From the NCBI GenBank assembly GCA_964016885.1, contig OZ024743.1:89714001-89778000 (forward strand): a stretch of DNA of 64,000 nucleotides, in the 5' to 3' direction. The DNA comes from Eledone cirrhosa. Its lineage: Eukaryota. Of the stretch, positions 28,821 through 43,427 are shown one piece after another. How positions within the stretch are numbered: position 1 is the stretch's first letter; the number at the start of each line of letters is the position of its first letter. The translations under genes were made by a program, and so were the position numbers. The notes beneath the pieces were generated by a model. The model saw only the letters and a program-made list of their open reading frames with translations. It was not told the origin of the DNA and made no database searches.

Positions 28821-30794
28821 GTGAGAAAGAATTGCTGCAGTTGCTGTTTAAAGTTGTCCAATGTTTTTTATAGAAACCGAGTGTTTCATCAAAGCAGAAC
28901 ACAGCCGGTGTCTGTGTACACAGGAAATTCAACAAATACAATACAATTGGAACAGTAGTTGCAGGAGGTACAAGTACTCACTACAGAAGCTGAACTATAT
29001 AAACTGTGTCAAGCCTCTGTACATTGACCGAGAGATAAGGCAGTCTCCCCACCCCAGCCACCACCCACCACACCACATCTAATTATTAAGGGTAACAAAC
29101 AGAACTGAAGTTCCTGATTATAGCTGTTTCAATTATATTACTAGAAATTATTTCCTTAATAAAACTAGGGACAATGTTTTAGATTTAGGTTGGAAAGGGA
29201 GCATTTATAAACACGGAGAAAACACCCGGATTTCCCACACTATACAACACAGTAAATTAGTATGGTAGATAACCAGACAGACGCAGTACACAATATTTGG
29301 TTTTCACACACACACACACACACAATCACACACACACACTACAACAATTTGTGTATATGTGCATGCGCAGGGACATGGAAATACTCGGTTTGGTTTCCGA
29401 GCGTGCAGTTAGCCCACCGGGAGCGAAAGACCCCTAGTTCTTGTTAGGATATCATTCTAGGAGAAGGAAAACTCTATGCGACTCTATGACAGCCAATGAT
29501 GTTCACCTGTTCTTTTCGATGCCTGGCACAGCTGTTCAGGGAGTGAGGTTGGTCCAGTGTAAGGCCTTTCTTCACTTAAAAAGGCTTCAAGCACAGGCAT
29601 CACTTGATCTAAACGACTTTCACATCTGTTGCGTGAGCATAGCCTTTTCTTTTTTCGCTGCAGAATATGAAAGGGCAAAAAGGTCATGTTCGTGCAACCG
29701 ATGTATGAGGATAAGGTCAAGGGATGGCAATTCTCCTTATGGAATCGAAGGAATCTAAGAGGTAACGTAGTGACATACAGCGTGTCTTGGGCATTTGTTA
29801 TTCCTGTCGGAGCCTATCTCCCCTCCCTGTCTGAACATAGCCGATTTTTTTTTCAGAGAAGGAGGGGACGCGAGAAAGAGATATAGTGAAAGAATCGACC
29901 CCACTACTACACTGGTACATTTTTATCGACCTCAAAAGGATGAAAATCAAAGTTGATCTCGGTGGGTTTTGAACTCAACGTACGGAGACTCGGAAATAAT
30001 AACGCAAGACATTCTATCCGCGTTCTAACGACTTTGTCGATTCATTGCCCGCAATAAATTCATATGAATTAACGAATAGAAAATTACACAAGCAAATAAC
30101 ACGAAGAAATGGTTTAATTATTAGGAGAAACTGAAGTAAAAGTAAAATGGTCTTTAGTTTGAAATAATGACAGATTTTTAAACTGTTAAAACTCCTCCTT
30201 ATGAGACAACACAAGACAAACCTATCATATGTGGCGCCAAATAACTAAATAAAGAACAATATAATAAGGTTATTGATTGTTAAAGATAACGGAAAAGGGG
30301 AACACTTTAAGGATACTAAGGTGCGATAAACTACAACTACTGTTACTACTACTGCAGCTGCTACTACCACCACCAGCACTACTACTACTACGGGAGATAT
30401 AGAACTAACAGTAGCTACTTCATTGAAACAAATAACTGTAAATCGAATTCATATAACTGTTTGTAACAGCCACAAGGCCAGTAATTTTTGTGGGGAGGAG
30501 ATATCGATTATATCGCCCATAGTACTTGACTAATACTTTATTTTATTGACCGTGAAAGAAGGAAAGGCAAATTTGGTGTGATTTGAACTCAGAATGTAAA
30601 GAGACGGAATAAATGCCGCAAACAAATTTCATCTGACGTTTTAACAATCCCACTCTGTCCCCCCCCCCCCCCCCTGTATTCATGGTATAATGATTTCTAA
30701 TTTAAACAGAAGGCCATCAAATTTGGCGGGAGGAGGGAAAATCGATTTTATCGACCACAGTACGTGACTGGTATTTTATCGAACCCGGAAGGGT

Positions 30795-31032
30795 TCTTCT
30801 TCTTCGACCACATATTCCTGAGAGGGTCGTGGGGGCAGAGTCCTCAAACACTCCTTCCAGTGGGTCCTGTCAGAAGCAATCGTCTCCAACTAATCCGGCT
30901 GGATCCCCAAGCGTGACTAGCCAAACTCATGGATGTTATCCAACCATTTTGCTACCTCTAGGTCACTTGCCGGTTGGTTTTGCAAGTAAGTCTGTCCAGC
31001 GATTCTTTTGTGGAAAATTCTAACCACGTGCC
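30795..31032 (-). pseudogene. RTE-type LINE 3' end
   Basis: Reverse-complement homolog of 22893-23140 with a (TTC)n tail. Confidence 0.7.
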
Positions 31033-31560
31033 CACTTATACATTGATAGACTTTAAATAACGATGAAGTTAAGAGGAAATTTGTTAAAGGTAGTCAGAAG
31101 CATGATGCGTTTCCTCCTGAAACGATAGCCAAATGTTCTATAAATGAATGACACCAACACTGTATATATGTTTACCAGAGAGTTAGGATAAGGTAACTAA
31201 TTCAGTAGATACTAAATACTGATTTCTTATTTGTCCACAAGGACAGCGAATTTAGGGAAAGGACGGAATTGATTAAATCAATCCCAGTACTTGACTGGTA
31301 CTTTTTATCGACTCCTCAAGGATGAAAGTCAAAGTTGACCATGTTAAGATTTAAAATCAGAATGTAAAGAGATGTAAAGAGACTGTTCGAATGCCGCAAG
31401 GGCATTTTATCCAACACATTACCAATTCTGCCAATCCATCGCCTTAATTGATTATTAAATATTAATTTGTAATTTAGGCAAAAATCCAGTGAATTTTGGG
31501 GAAGGGCAAAAATCAACCCCAGTACCTAATGGCGACGACAGCAACAGCAGTAACAACGAT

Positions 31561-31754
31561 AATAATTGTTTCTACTTTAGGTACAAGGTCAGCAATTACC
31601 CAGTACATTACTGGTACTTTATTTTATCGACCCCCGTAAGGATGAAAGGCAAAGTTAACCTCGGCGGGATTTGAACTCAGAATGGCAAGGGCCGTAACTC
31701 TATGCGTCAAAGCAAGGCGTCCTACCCTCTACCGACACTGCCAATCCACCGCCC
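31561..31754 (-). mobile_element. Meta-like SINE, full length
   Basis: Reverse complement of the consensus. Confidence 0.9.
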
Positions 31755-32065
31755 TAAAATCCACCAATAATAATGAAACGGAGGTGGAGTAGTAGTAGTA
31801 TGATGATAATAATAATAAAAGTGAGCATTAATGGTGATAGCAAGTGTTAACAAGTTTATCAGAGCTGGGTTTCTATGATAACACGTCTGTTGCCTCCTTA
31901 GCTAATTTAATCAGAATTGGAATCCGTTATTTTCTTCCTCCGTCACAAAGCATCTCTTTAGGCCACCAGAGGAAATAGAAACACGTTTGAAAGTTTAACA
32001 AGGAAGGTGCTGACACACACACACATATAAGATTATCATATGTGTGTGTATGTGTAGAAAGAAAG

Positions 32066-33068
<1,003 letters not shown>

Positions 33069-33118
33069 GCTGTGGGTACAAACGGAAAAAAGAGCAATCA
33101 AAACAATTTGGAAATTGA

Positions 33119-33169
<51 letters not shown>

Positions 33170-33546
33170 GTGTGTGTGTGTGTGTCATAGATATTTTGAA
33201 GGCGTGATATATAACTAAATAAATATATATATGCGCCTGTGAGTATGCATTGCGTATTGCAAATTTGTTCGGTGTAAACATGATTACGTCATATATGTGT
33301 CTATGTTTACAAGAAGAAATACGTTATAGCCTAAGTGTAAGATAAATATGTCTGCATCATCAATAAAGTTAAATCATAAATAATTTATATCCAAAACACA
33401 CATTGCTGAATGACAGTGTTGGTGACAACATATCTGCGTCGAAACTATGTCTTTGTCATTAAAAGAGACGCAAGGGCGTCGTCAAGACATTTCTTCAGAC
33501 CCGACGGAGTCCATCCCTTTCCAGGTCTGAACACTGCTGTTTTCTT

Positions 33547-33577
<31 letters not shown>

Positions 33578-35870
33578 AGGCAGAGGAGGTGGAGGAGGAG
33601 AAGAAGAAGAAGAGAGAAAGTCAGAATGAGATATATATGAAGAATCAACTCCGGTATTAGAGTGTTACTCCATTTAGCGATCTCAAAAGGATAACAATAT
33701 AATTGACCTCGGTGTGACTTGAACTCAGAGGGCTACAACAAATACTGCAAAACATCCTACCCAACGTTGTAACTAGTCTAACAATTCATTTACTCATCAA
33801 GGATTACATGTGAAAAACATGTACATGAGATAATGAGAAAGTTGAATCACCAGGAAGTTGAATCGGATGGGTTTTGGGAGTGAGAGTATTAATTTCTGTA
33901 CAATAGGAGAATATATTGATAGATCGAATTTCAGTAGGATTGGTTCCATAGAAAGAAAAAGGAAGCTGAGGGGTGGAAGATAGTGTAGGTGATGGACAAT
34001 AGAGATAGGATTGTTAGATTGGTTCTAATATTAAGCCTGCTTTAGTAGAAACTAGTAGAAAGGGGCAAAGTTGGCTGTGATAATATGAAAACAGGCAGAG
34101 AGGAGGGAACAATTTAGCATTTAGATATAATACAGGGAAAGACTGAGGTGGAAATGTTTTTTTTATCAGTTAAGGGGAAGAGCAATGCCTGTGACCTATT
34201 TCATGACTTCCATGACTAGTCAGAACAAAGGATAAAGATGACCTCAAATCAGAGGCTTCGTCCTAATGCGTACAATAAAGTGTACTCCGCTAAACGTGCA
34301 CAAGGATCAAATGGCGGTGTTAATTTGAGCAATGGATTAAGTCTACCACTGATGTAGGCGGCAACATGATTTAAAATCAAAACAGATACCATAAGCTATC
34401 TCGTCATGTATATATGGACTCATAACTCCTGATGGAGTCGCAAGGGCGTCGTAGTGGCATTTTAAAAACCTGGTGAACACACCCCTTTCTGAACAGAGCT
34501 AATTTCTTCCAGAGAAGGGTAAGTATGAGATACATAGAAGGTGAGATAGGGGCATAGAGGAAGAATCGACCCCAATACTGAACTGGTACTTTCTTTTATC
34601 GACATCGAAAAGTTGAAAGACGAAGTTGATCCCGGCCGTATTTGATCAGAGAGCAGAGACAGAACAAATACAGCAAAGCATTCTATCCGACGTTCTAATG
34701 ACTGTGCCAATTCGTCGCCTCTGCCTCGTTATACGTTCTTACAATTCCGCCAGTCCATTACCTAGTACTGGTACTTTTATTTTATCGACCCCGAAAGTAT
34801 GAAAATCAGGTAATCTTTTTACTATTACACCCGTCTACCTTTTAAAATGAAATTTGTTTTCCCTGTTTTTTGTTTGCTTTTTTATGACATTTTGAACGAG
34901 TCTGACCTTCAAAATTGTTAGTAAAGGGATACCAGGTGAACCCAGGAATTCTGAGGTGAGAGAATCACAGAAAACAAATAATTTCCGACGATTTGAAGGT
35001 CAGGTTCGTTTTAAACATACCAAAAGACCACGAGAGAGACATAAATTTCACCTCCAAAGGGTGACAGGTGTATTAATACCGAAACCCAAAGTTGATAAAT
35101 TCGTTCTGATAAAAATTAGAAATAACATACTTATGGGAATTGACAGATTGCTTCAGCTAAGTTCGGATCTTGTAGTACGACTAGCTAAGTAGAGATTTCC
35201 GTTCAAAGTTGATTTCATATTCAGATGAAATATAAGTAGACTATTTACATTTCTGTGTATAGCCATTCACGTTACAGTGTTCATGAAATTTGTTGTCGTT
35301 TTTTAATGTCGTGAGGGAAACAAAAGATATATACATTGTGTAACTGGAGATAAGCTGTAGTATTGAGGTGTCATGTTAAGTAAGGTGCATAGCTGTTCTA
35401 TAGTGGCTATTGTTAGCTGGTGGTCAAAATTGCCTGAATGAAAAATTACATGCTCTGGTCACGTGATTGTCCGCAAAGCATTCTCCAGAACATAGGTATA
35501 AGCGAAAAATTGCAAAAAAAAAAAGAGGAAAACGAAAAGAAAATGTAATGTACATTTATAATGTCTAACAGAAGAGTATATTTTTGGATAAGTTCACTCT
35601 CGTAGCGAATAAATTACTCCTGTATAGAAATTAATCGGATGAGCCCTGTTCAAATCTAGGAACGTTTAATTCAGAGACAACACCGCCTCAACCAAGTCGT
35701 TGAGCCTGTCACCCTCTCTCTTTCCCTCTCTCTTTCTTCCGTCGCCTAATAGTCCTTGATCCCACATTTTCTTCTCATTTATGGCATTTATAGTCCTTTC
35801 CTTTACTTTTCTATACAGCCAGTTCTGCCCTTCTTAACCTCTCCCCTTTTCCATTATATATATATATACT

Positions 35871-36255
35871 ATATTAACAAATGGAAACTATATTTATAAA
35901 ACCATATTTATTTCAAGGACACCAAGTTAAATTATGGTGTGCTTTCATCAGATAAAATATAATATAGAGCAGTTTTATAAATAAATATTGACATACACTT
36001 AAAGAATGCAACCATTACTGTTGGAAGCTCCCGGATAGGGTATGTCAATATTTATTTATAAAACTGCTCTATATTATATTTTATCTGATGAAAGCACACC
36101 ATAATTTAACTTGGTGTCCTTGAAATATGTATAATGAAATAAATATGGTTTTATAAATATAGTTTCCATTTGTTAATATCGTATTTTTACTCCAATTATT
36201 TGTTCAGTTATAAAATATTTGCTTGTTGCATCCCAACAATTTAAATAGAACTTTT

Positions 36256-36262
<7 letters not shown>
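35871..36262 (+). mobile_element. Family A cassette with ~125-bp inverted arm
   Basis: Arms 35871-35996 and 36040-36179. The left arm lacks the stem III/cleavage segment through a deletion between two ATTTCA copies. Confidence 0.85.
36077..36141 (+). ncRNA. Type-I hammerhead ribozyme
   Basis: TATTTTAT-CTGATGA-AAG-C-ACACCA..TGGTGT-C-CTT-GAAA-T-ATGT-ATA-ATGAAATA. Confidence 0.82.
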
Positions 36263-36318
<56 letters not shown>

Positions 36319-36321
36319 ATA

Positions 36322-37313
36322 CTAGCTGAATTACCCAGCGTTGCCCGGGTTACTGCTGTTCTTATTCTGATTAGTAAACAATAAATATGAAGATATGTTT
36401 TTTTTTCTCATAAATATTTCAAAATATCTATATTTTATTTTTTAAATATCAAAATTGTAATGATAATAAAATTGAGAAATGAAAATCTGTCAATCTTGAA
36501 GCACCTTAGGGTAAACAATATTCATTTTTGTTGGTGACCAAATGAATAAATTGTTGCTACACACTCACACACATACACTCTCATATACATATACTAAGAC
36601 ACACACAGACATACATTCACGCAGACACAGGCATAGCTTTTCGCCTCATTTTTGGTCAGTTGCTACATATGTGTAGATGTGTGTGCGTATTTAATCAAGT
36701 ACCTAATGAACGCACACACACTCACAGACACATACATATTCATATACAAAATGTGACAAAGGTGTGTTGTTTTAATGCAAATGAAAATAAAATTTATCAC
36801 ACATACACTCACACATACACTCACACACACATACACTCTCACACACACATACACTCACACACACATACATACACTCTCACACACACATACGCTCTCATAT
36901 ACACTCATACTCACTCACATACATATACTAAGACAGAAACACACAGACATACATTCACGCACACCTGTCTGTCATCACATATGTATCTGCATGTATAGAT
37001 GTGTATGTGTGTGTTTAATTGTCTGTGTGTGAAGATAATGTGTATACAACTTACGTTGTAACGAACTCGCAAACACACTCAGAGACACATACACACTCAT
37101 ATACAAAATGAGACTTGTCATCGACGTGGTTTACGTGGTTCACTATAGAAATGTTATTTTACATAAAAATATTATATTTTTTAATCCAAATGAAAATAAG
37201 AATTACATGTTGACACTCTCGGGGTCTAATACTATTAGCTTGTAAAATTTGATTTGGTCCAACCGTTTGAGAATGCTTAGGAAAAGAGAGACAAAGAATT
37301 TTATATATATAGA
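36322..37313 (-). mobile_element. Non-autonomous Helitron-like element
   Basis: The minus strand starts TC (TCTATATATAT) after an A and ends CTAG before a T. A subterminal GC hairpin ACCCGGGCAACGCTGGGT lies ~10 nt from the 3' end. Internal CA-rich repeats. Confidence 0.7.
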
Positions 37314-37885
37314 TGAAAGCTTAATAAATAGGAAATTTCATTTGTTCGTTGAAAGTGAAAAGAAAACAGCTATTTATTTCTAATTTAGGCACAAGACCAG
37401 CAAATTTGGCGGAAGGGCAACACTGATTAAATCATCCCTCTTACCTGACTGCTTTATTTTATCGATCCCTTTACCTGGAAGGGTTAACATTGGCGGCATT
37501 TGAACTGAGAACGTAAAGAGCCAGAACAAATACCGTAATGGTATTTTATACGACGCTCAATTAAATCTGCTAATCCACCACCCTTACAAAAACAGATATT
37601 TCAAACATACTCATTATACATAAAACTAATGAAGCGTTTAAACAACAGAATGTTTTCGGTGCTACTGTTGGTTTACGAACGTGTCAGCTCTGAAAAATTA
37701 TGTATCAGTTCGTATTACATAACATTCAAGTAAGAAATCACTTTACATCGTTTAGACCGGACAAAATTTCAAACGGGAAGTAGAAATTCTCTCAGCCGCC
37801 AGGCTAGTTTACCGAGCGATCGACATACAGTGAATTGAATGTTAGGGCTCATATTATTGATAACGGTTTGAAATTTCTAAACCAA

Positions 37886-38160
37886 AAAACGGTCATACCA
37901 CATATTTCAACTTTTAACCCAAAGAATTCCGAAATCTACTCACACATACACTCTTACAAAAATACCCAATTATAAAAAGTAACCGACGATCTAAGTCACT
38001 AAAAAAGATACTAACAAATGCAAAGCTGCATACCGGTATTAAAGAGCCTGAAGTGAAAATATGCAACCGCCCTAACTGTGGGATGTACAACTATCTATTA
38101 GAAGGACACGAATTTTACTTCAAAAAATTAGAAATGACTTCTCATGCAACCAAGACATGA
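37886..38160 (+). pseudogene. Penelope-like element (Neptune-type) ORF remnant: RT-to-GIY-YIG linker with Cys motif
   Basis: VIPHISTFNPKNSEIY, then a frameshift to LLQKYPIIKSNRRSKSLKKILTNAKL..VKICNRPNCGMY(C?)NYLLEGHEFYFK. Confidence 0.7.
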
Positions 38161-38343
38161 AAAAGCTTTTGACAATCTTTTTTAAGCAAAGCCATCAAGT
38201 ACAAAACTATCTTTTTTTTATGTGAAAAAAATGTTTTCTTGTTCTATGCTATATACGTAATATAATAAGGTGCTTTTTTTCAAATCTTTATTATTTTTCC
38301 TATATAACACGATTTGTATAGAAATCCGTAATCTTCCAATATT

Positions 38344-38415
<72 letters not shown>

Positions 38416-39018
38416 CTCTCTCTCTCTTTCTCTCTCCCTATATATATATCTACAAGGGCGAGAGAGAGAGAAAAAAAAAGCGAACCTGCCTGACCAAGGG
38501 TGCGAAAGAAAAGAATTACGCACAGGTCAAACGGGAAGAAGGAGGAGGAGGAGAGGTAGTAACAGAGAGTGAGTGAGTGAAGGGTGAGGAAGAGGCTAAC
38601 AGAGAGGGTGATTGTTAGAGAGGGTAAAGATACAGAGAAAGAGGAGGCAGTAAGAACGCTCGTCTACGATTTCACAGAACTTATGTTCACCGAATTCACA
38701 GACTAGATTCCTTCTTCCTCCCGTTAGACCTGTACGGAATTCCTTCCTTGCTCACATTCCAACCAGGTTTGATGGTTTTTATTCTCTCTCGTTCACGATT
38801 TCACCGAACTTATATTCATGGAAATTTGGGACTTGACTCCTTCTTCCTCACTTTGCGTTGCTTCACCATCTTTGTTTGTTTACACTCTCGTGTCCCCTTT
38901 ATTTACGTGTCCCAACGACTTTTTTTAGCCGTTGCTCGCACCAACCGGAGGTATATGTTCTTTAAAGCGATGAAATACCAATGATGGTTGGAAGATCACT
39001 GATGAAGGACTAACTTTA

Positions 39019-39072
<54 letters not shown>

Positions 39073-39073
<1 letters not shown>

Positions 39074-39252
39074 TGTCGTAAAATTATGGTAGAAATATCC
39101 AAGGGTAAGAGCACTCAGTCTATGGGACGAGTTTAGAATAAATAATTACAACAGTGACATAAACAGGCACTTAAGTTTCGTTTTCTTATGACAGGCTGAA
39201 TGAGCTGGGTCCAGAACCCAACGAACGTAAGTAACTGTTTATGTCACTGTTA

Positions 39253-39260
<8 letters not shown>
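39073..39260 (-). mobile_element. Family F TA-embedded cassette with short inverted repeat
   Basis: Arms ~39141-39166 and 39235-39259. Minus strand has a GAAA-C-TTAA-GTG remnant of stem III. Tail is homologous to 53364-53460. Confidence 0.7.
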
Positions 39261-39289
<29 letters not shown>

Positions 39290-39292
<3 letters not shown>

Positions 39293-39481
39293 TACAGATT
39301 AAAAGGTTAAGCAATAAAGTATTGCTTTCACCCTAAGCCGGATCTTCTGAAATTATTGCTTAAACTTTTAATATATACTTACAAATAATAAATATTTACT
39401 CTACGGGTTTATACATATATTATAGATATACAATTCTTACCGAATCTTCTGCGGATTTTGATCTTTGTATTTATTATTACT
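39290..39481 (+). mobile_element. Family G TA-embedded cassette with inverted arm
   Basis: AGTACAGATTAAAAGGTTAAGCAATAA is inverted relative to TTATTGCTTAAACTTTTAATATATACT. Homologous to 59813-60650. Confidence 0.7.
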
Positions 39482-39759
39482 ATATATATAAATAAATAAA
39501 TAAATAATGACAGTACCCCCTTCCCTCCTAAATCTCTCATTTGTACGTTATTCATTTTTCACCTCCTCAATATTTCTCTCTCCCATATCTCTCTCTCTTT
39601 ATTCTTTACATACATTTCTTCATTTTCTTCGTCTTCCTCTATAACTGTCCTTAGCACTATACACTTTCTTTCTTTTTTCTCTTCGTCTTTCTTTATAACT
39701 GTCCTTAACATTTTCACTACCAAAGCAACTTTTTAAATGGAAGTTGTAAACTTTAAGGT

Positions 39760-39902
39760 ATGTCAAATTTATTTATAAAATTGTTTATATATTGTATTTT
39801 GTCTGAAGCGGGCATACCATATTTTTAATATGATATCCCTGAAATATATATAATGAAATAAATATGGTTTTATAAATGTAGTTTCCATTTGTTTAATATC
39901 GT
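39760..39902 (+). mobile_element. Family A fragment with mutated hammerhead core (CTGAAGC)
   Basis: Aligns to 6305-6450, with A9 changed to C. Ends in (TA)n. Confidence 0.75.
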
Positions 39903-39920
39903 ATATATATATATATATAT

Positions 39921-39958
<38 letters not shown>

Positions 39959-39961
<3 letters not shown>

Positions 39962-40160
39962 AAAAGAGTCAGGACCCCGACAACTGAGCTCCGGCCGATC
40001 CAGCTAGATCCGAACATTTGGATATAGCTGTCGAAACGGCCGTCGGGGTCCTGACTCTTTTTCTATATGTATATATCTCTCTCTCTCTCTCTACTACTCT
40101 AAGTATCGAGTACTCTGGTGCCTTATGGTCCACCTGGTTTCTTACCACACCTTCTTTGTT
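39959..40160 (+). mobile_element. Family D cassette with inverted arm and 3' half of a hammerhead
   Basis: CAGCTA..TAGCTG-TC-GAAA-C-GGCC-GTC-GGGGTC. The inverted arm is GAAAAGAGTCAGGACCCCGAC. Homologous to 11679-11870. Confidence 0.75.
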
Positions 40161-41179
40161 ATATATATATATGTATTGCCAACTCTTACACCCACTCATG
40201 TGCCTTTCCATTTATCTTTTAGTTTTTCATTTTTTTCTCTCTTAATTATTTTATCTCATTCATTTTCTGTATTTTTTATCCATTCAGTTCCCATATATTT
40301 GTATATTTGTTCCAGTTCAGCGATCCGGGTTCAAATTCTGCCGATGTAAACTTTGTCTCTTTTATCCTTCCGAGATCGATACCTCGATACGACTCGATAC
40401 CAATTCATAGCAGTTCTTGGATTGGCGGTATCGGTAGAGGGTCGGACGCCATGCTTTGAAGCATAGAGTTACCTCCCTTTATGATCTGAGTTCAAATCCC
40501 GTGATTTTAAGTGAAGCCATATAGTTACTGAGAAACATTCCTAAGAGAGAGGGGAGAGGGGGCAATAAAGAATCGAACCTAGCTCAACTAATTATACGTT
40601 AATTTCATAAGCAGGCTATTCTATTTATCAAATAATTGATACACTCATCTTCGAAACCGGTGGAGGTCCATACCCTTCCTACAAGAAAACAAATTTCAGC
40701 AGATTATATTTCATTAATCATGACTCTTGTATTTTGGACTGTTAACCTGATCATTGATTTCGTAAGTCTGAAGTAAACGATAGCCGCAAAACTCACCCTA
40801 TCCGTCTCTGTACAGCTGTTGACCCAACCCTTCATGCATCTAATATATCGGAACTTCCTATAAGGTTTCTCTCATTTTCTTTTCTTATCTCTGCTTCATA
40901 TGAAGCCTATTTAACTTACATTTCGTCTAGATTTGATTTTTATGAAATATATTCTACATTTCATTGAAGCTATGGTCGCTTAACAATTACCTTGTTATTA
41001 ATATCCCATACAATATATACTTCGGGAACTAAGAACCTTTATATTATTATTGGCAGTATCGGTAGAGGGTCGGACGCCATGCTTTGCAGCATAGAATTAC
41101 GGTCTGAGTTCAAATCTCGCTGAGGTTAACTTTACCTTTCATCCTTACGAGGTCGATAAAATAAAGTAGAAACAATTGT

Positions 41180-41720
41180 TATTTGAAACTTTCTTTGAAT
41201 TCTGCTTCGTTCCCAAACCATGCCGAGTGTCAACCTGACACCTGAGGCAACATTTGATAATACACACATTTTACAATCAATTGTCATACAAATGATGCCA
41301 CAAGGACACAAACACCAGTAAATGTCTTTGCAAGGTTTTTAAATTGATAATGCCCTTCTCATGTCAGGGGCAGTGTCAGTCAGCACTATTTTCTGTATAT
41401 CTTGCAGAGATGGCTTTCCAGTTCCCTTTTTTATCGTTCCAAGTGCCCCGACTATCACTGATAGTACAGGCCTTAAGATGCCACAGTTTCTCAATTTCAA
41501 TTGATAGATCTTTATACTTACTAAGCTTTCCGAACTCTTCCAAGATGTTACGATCTGATGGAATGCTCATGTCAATTAAGAAATGTTTTCTCTTTATGTT
41601 CCTTCATAATTATATCAGGTCTGTTGGCTTTGATTGCCCTGTCAGTATTCATAGGGAATCCCCATAGGGTTGTCACGTTCTCACCTCCTGTTACTGCATC
41701 TGGGTGATTGTTGTACAATT
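41180..41720 (-). pseudogene. R4/Dong-type RLE remnant with 3'UTR
   Basis: TTLWGFPMNTDRAIKANRPDII, then SIPSDRNILEEFGKLSKYKDLSIEIEKLWHLK. Confidence 0.8.
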
Positions 41721-41999
41721 TTCCCTCCGTTTTCGGTAGATTGGCAGTATCAGTAGAGTTACAAGTTACAAGCTGAGGAGGCAGCGGCGGCTATGAAGTC
41801 AGTTTTCGACCATCTAAACTACTCAAGTCAATGTCTAAGTGACTAAGCATCCCATAGACCTGTGTTCCCTTAACCTTATTCTCAGACCGAATGATCATGT
41901 CATACGACATCTGAAAAATCGGGACTTTTGAATTAACAGTTACAATCCGTGACTCGTCTGATGAGCTTCTACTTAGTTTCTGCCTGTTTAATCTCATTC

Positions 42000-42730
42000 A
42001 CGACTTTCGGGTCCCAAATAATAGGGAGGGGTGGGGGTCTAATAAGCGGGGTGGGGGTAGCATAAATGGTAGAGTTGGAATAAGCTGTGGGGGGAGGAAG
42101 TTTGGAAAATCGGTAATTTTTCTAGGTTGTCTCCGTTGATTTAAAAGAAAAAAAAACAGAATTAGTCATTTAGTTTAAATATTGAGACCCCAACCCATCC
42201 TATTTATTTTATAATGTATTGGATTTCTAGTAATGTACTTTGTTTGTCATGTATAATATTTTTTAATGTCTAAAGAAAATTTATTGTCGCAGGAATGCTA
42301 CTTTCTTCTTCTTCGCGCACTTATTCATCAGAGGGTCGTGTTAGCAGAGTCCTCAAACACTCCTTCCAGCGGGTCCTGTCAGAAGCAACCATCTCCAATT
42401 GATCCAGCTGGATCCCCAAGCTAGACCAGCCAAGTTCAAGGATGTTATCCAACCATATTGCTCGGGGTCTTCTGCCGGTTGGTTTTTACCCGTAAAATCT
42501 GTCCAGCGATTCTTTCCTGAGACATTCTAACCACATGCCCAAAGTATTGGAGCTGTGATCTCTCAATTCGGAGAAGTAGTGATGCTACCACTTAAAATAA
42601 AATTTCGCCGGATACATTAACAAAATTTGATAAGCGGCGGTGGGGTTGTAATAAAAGCGGGGGATGGTGGAAAGAGTCTGAAAAATTAATAGGCGGTGGG
42701 GTGGGCGAATTATTAGAAACCTGAGAGTAC
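42000..42730. mobile_element. MITE copy 2 interrupted by an RTE LINE 3' fragment (42302-42581, minus)
   Basis: Reverse-complement homolog of 4812-5272. The insertion is flanked by the direct repeat ATGCTAC (42295-42301 and 42582-42588). Confidence 0.7.
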
Positions 42731-42846
42731 TTAATGATTGATACTAAAATTAGGAAGAGAGTTTATTCTAACTAACATTGGCTGTTATATTTAGTTGAGA
42801 AGATGGCGGTGGATTAACAGAATTGATAGAGCGTCGGACAACATGC

Positions 42847-42915
<69 letters not shown>

Positions 42916-43375
42916 CAGCTCACACCTATGCAGGTTTAGCTGGCCTCCTCCAGGGTATATCTCGTTCGAGGTGTCTTGGGTGATTTAATGATAGGGATCC
43001 TAGTCCTATCATCTCATTTCTACAGCTGAGTAAACTGGAGCAACGTGGAATAAAGTGTCTTGCTCAAGGAAACAACACATCACCCAGTCCGAGAATTGAA
43101 CTCACAACCTTTCGATCGCAACAATGCCATGCTTAGTGACACAGAGTTACGGCCTTTACGTTCTAAGTTCAATTCCGCTGAGGTTAGCTTTGCTTTTCAT
43201 CCTTACGGGGTCAGTAAGATAAAGTATCAGTAATGGACTGTGGTCGATTTAATCGATTTTCCACTTCCCCAAAATTGTTGGCTTTGTGCCTAAATCAGAA
43301 ACCAACACACACACACACACACACACACACGCTTACGCACACGCATCCGCGCGCGCGCACATGCACACACACACG

Positions 43376-43422
<47 letters not shown>

Positions 43423-43427
<5 letters not shown>

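Noticed and set aside
34823-35075. Imperfect inverted-repeat MITE
   Set aside because: The arms are short and degenerate with no clear TSD or second copy, so it was left uncalled.
38999-39022. CTGATGAAGGAC next to (TA)n as a hammerhead
   Set aside because: Only the 5' core is present, with no stem II closure, GAAA or cleavage site.
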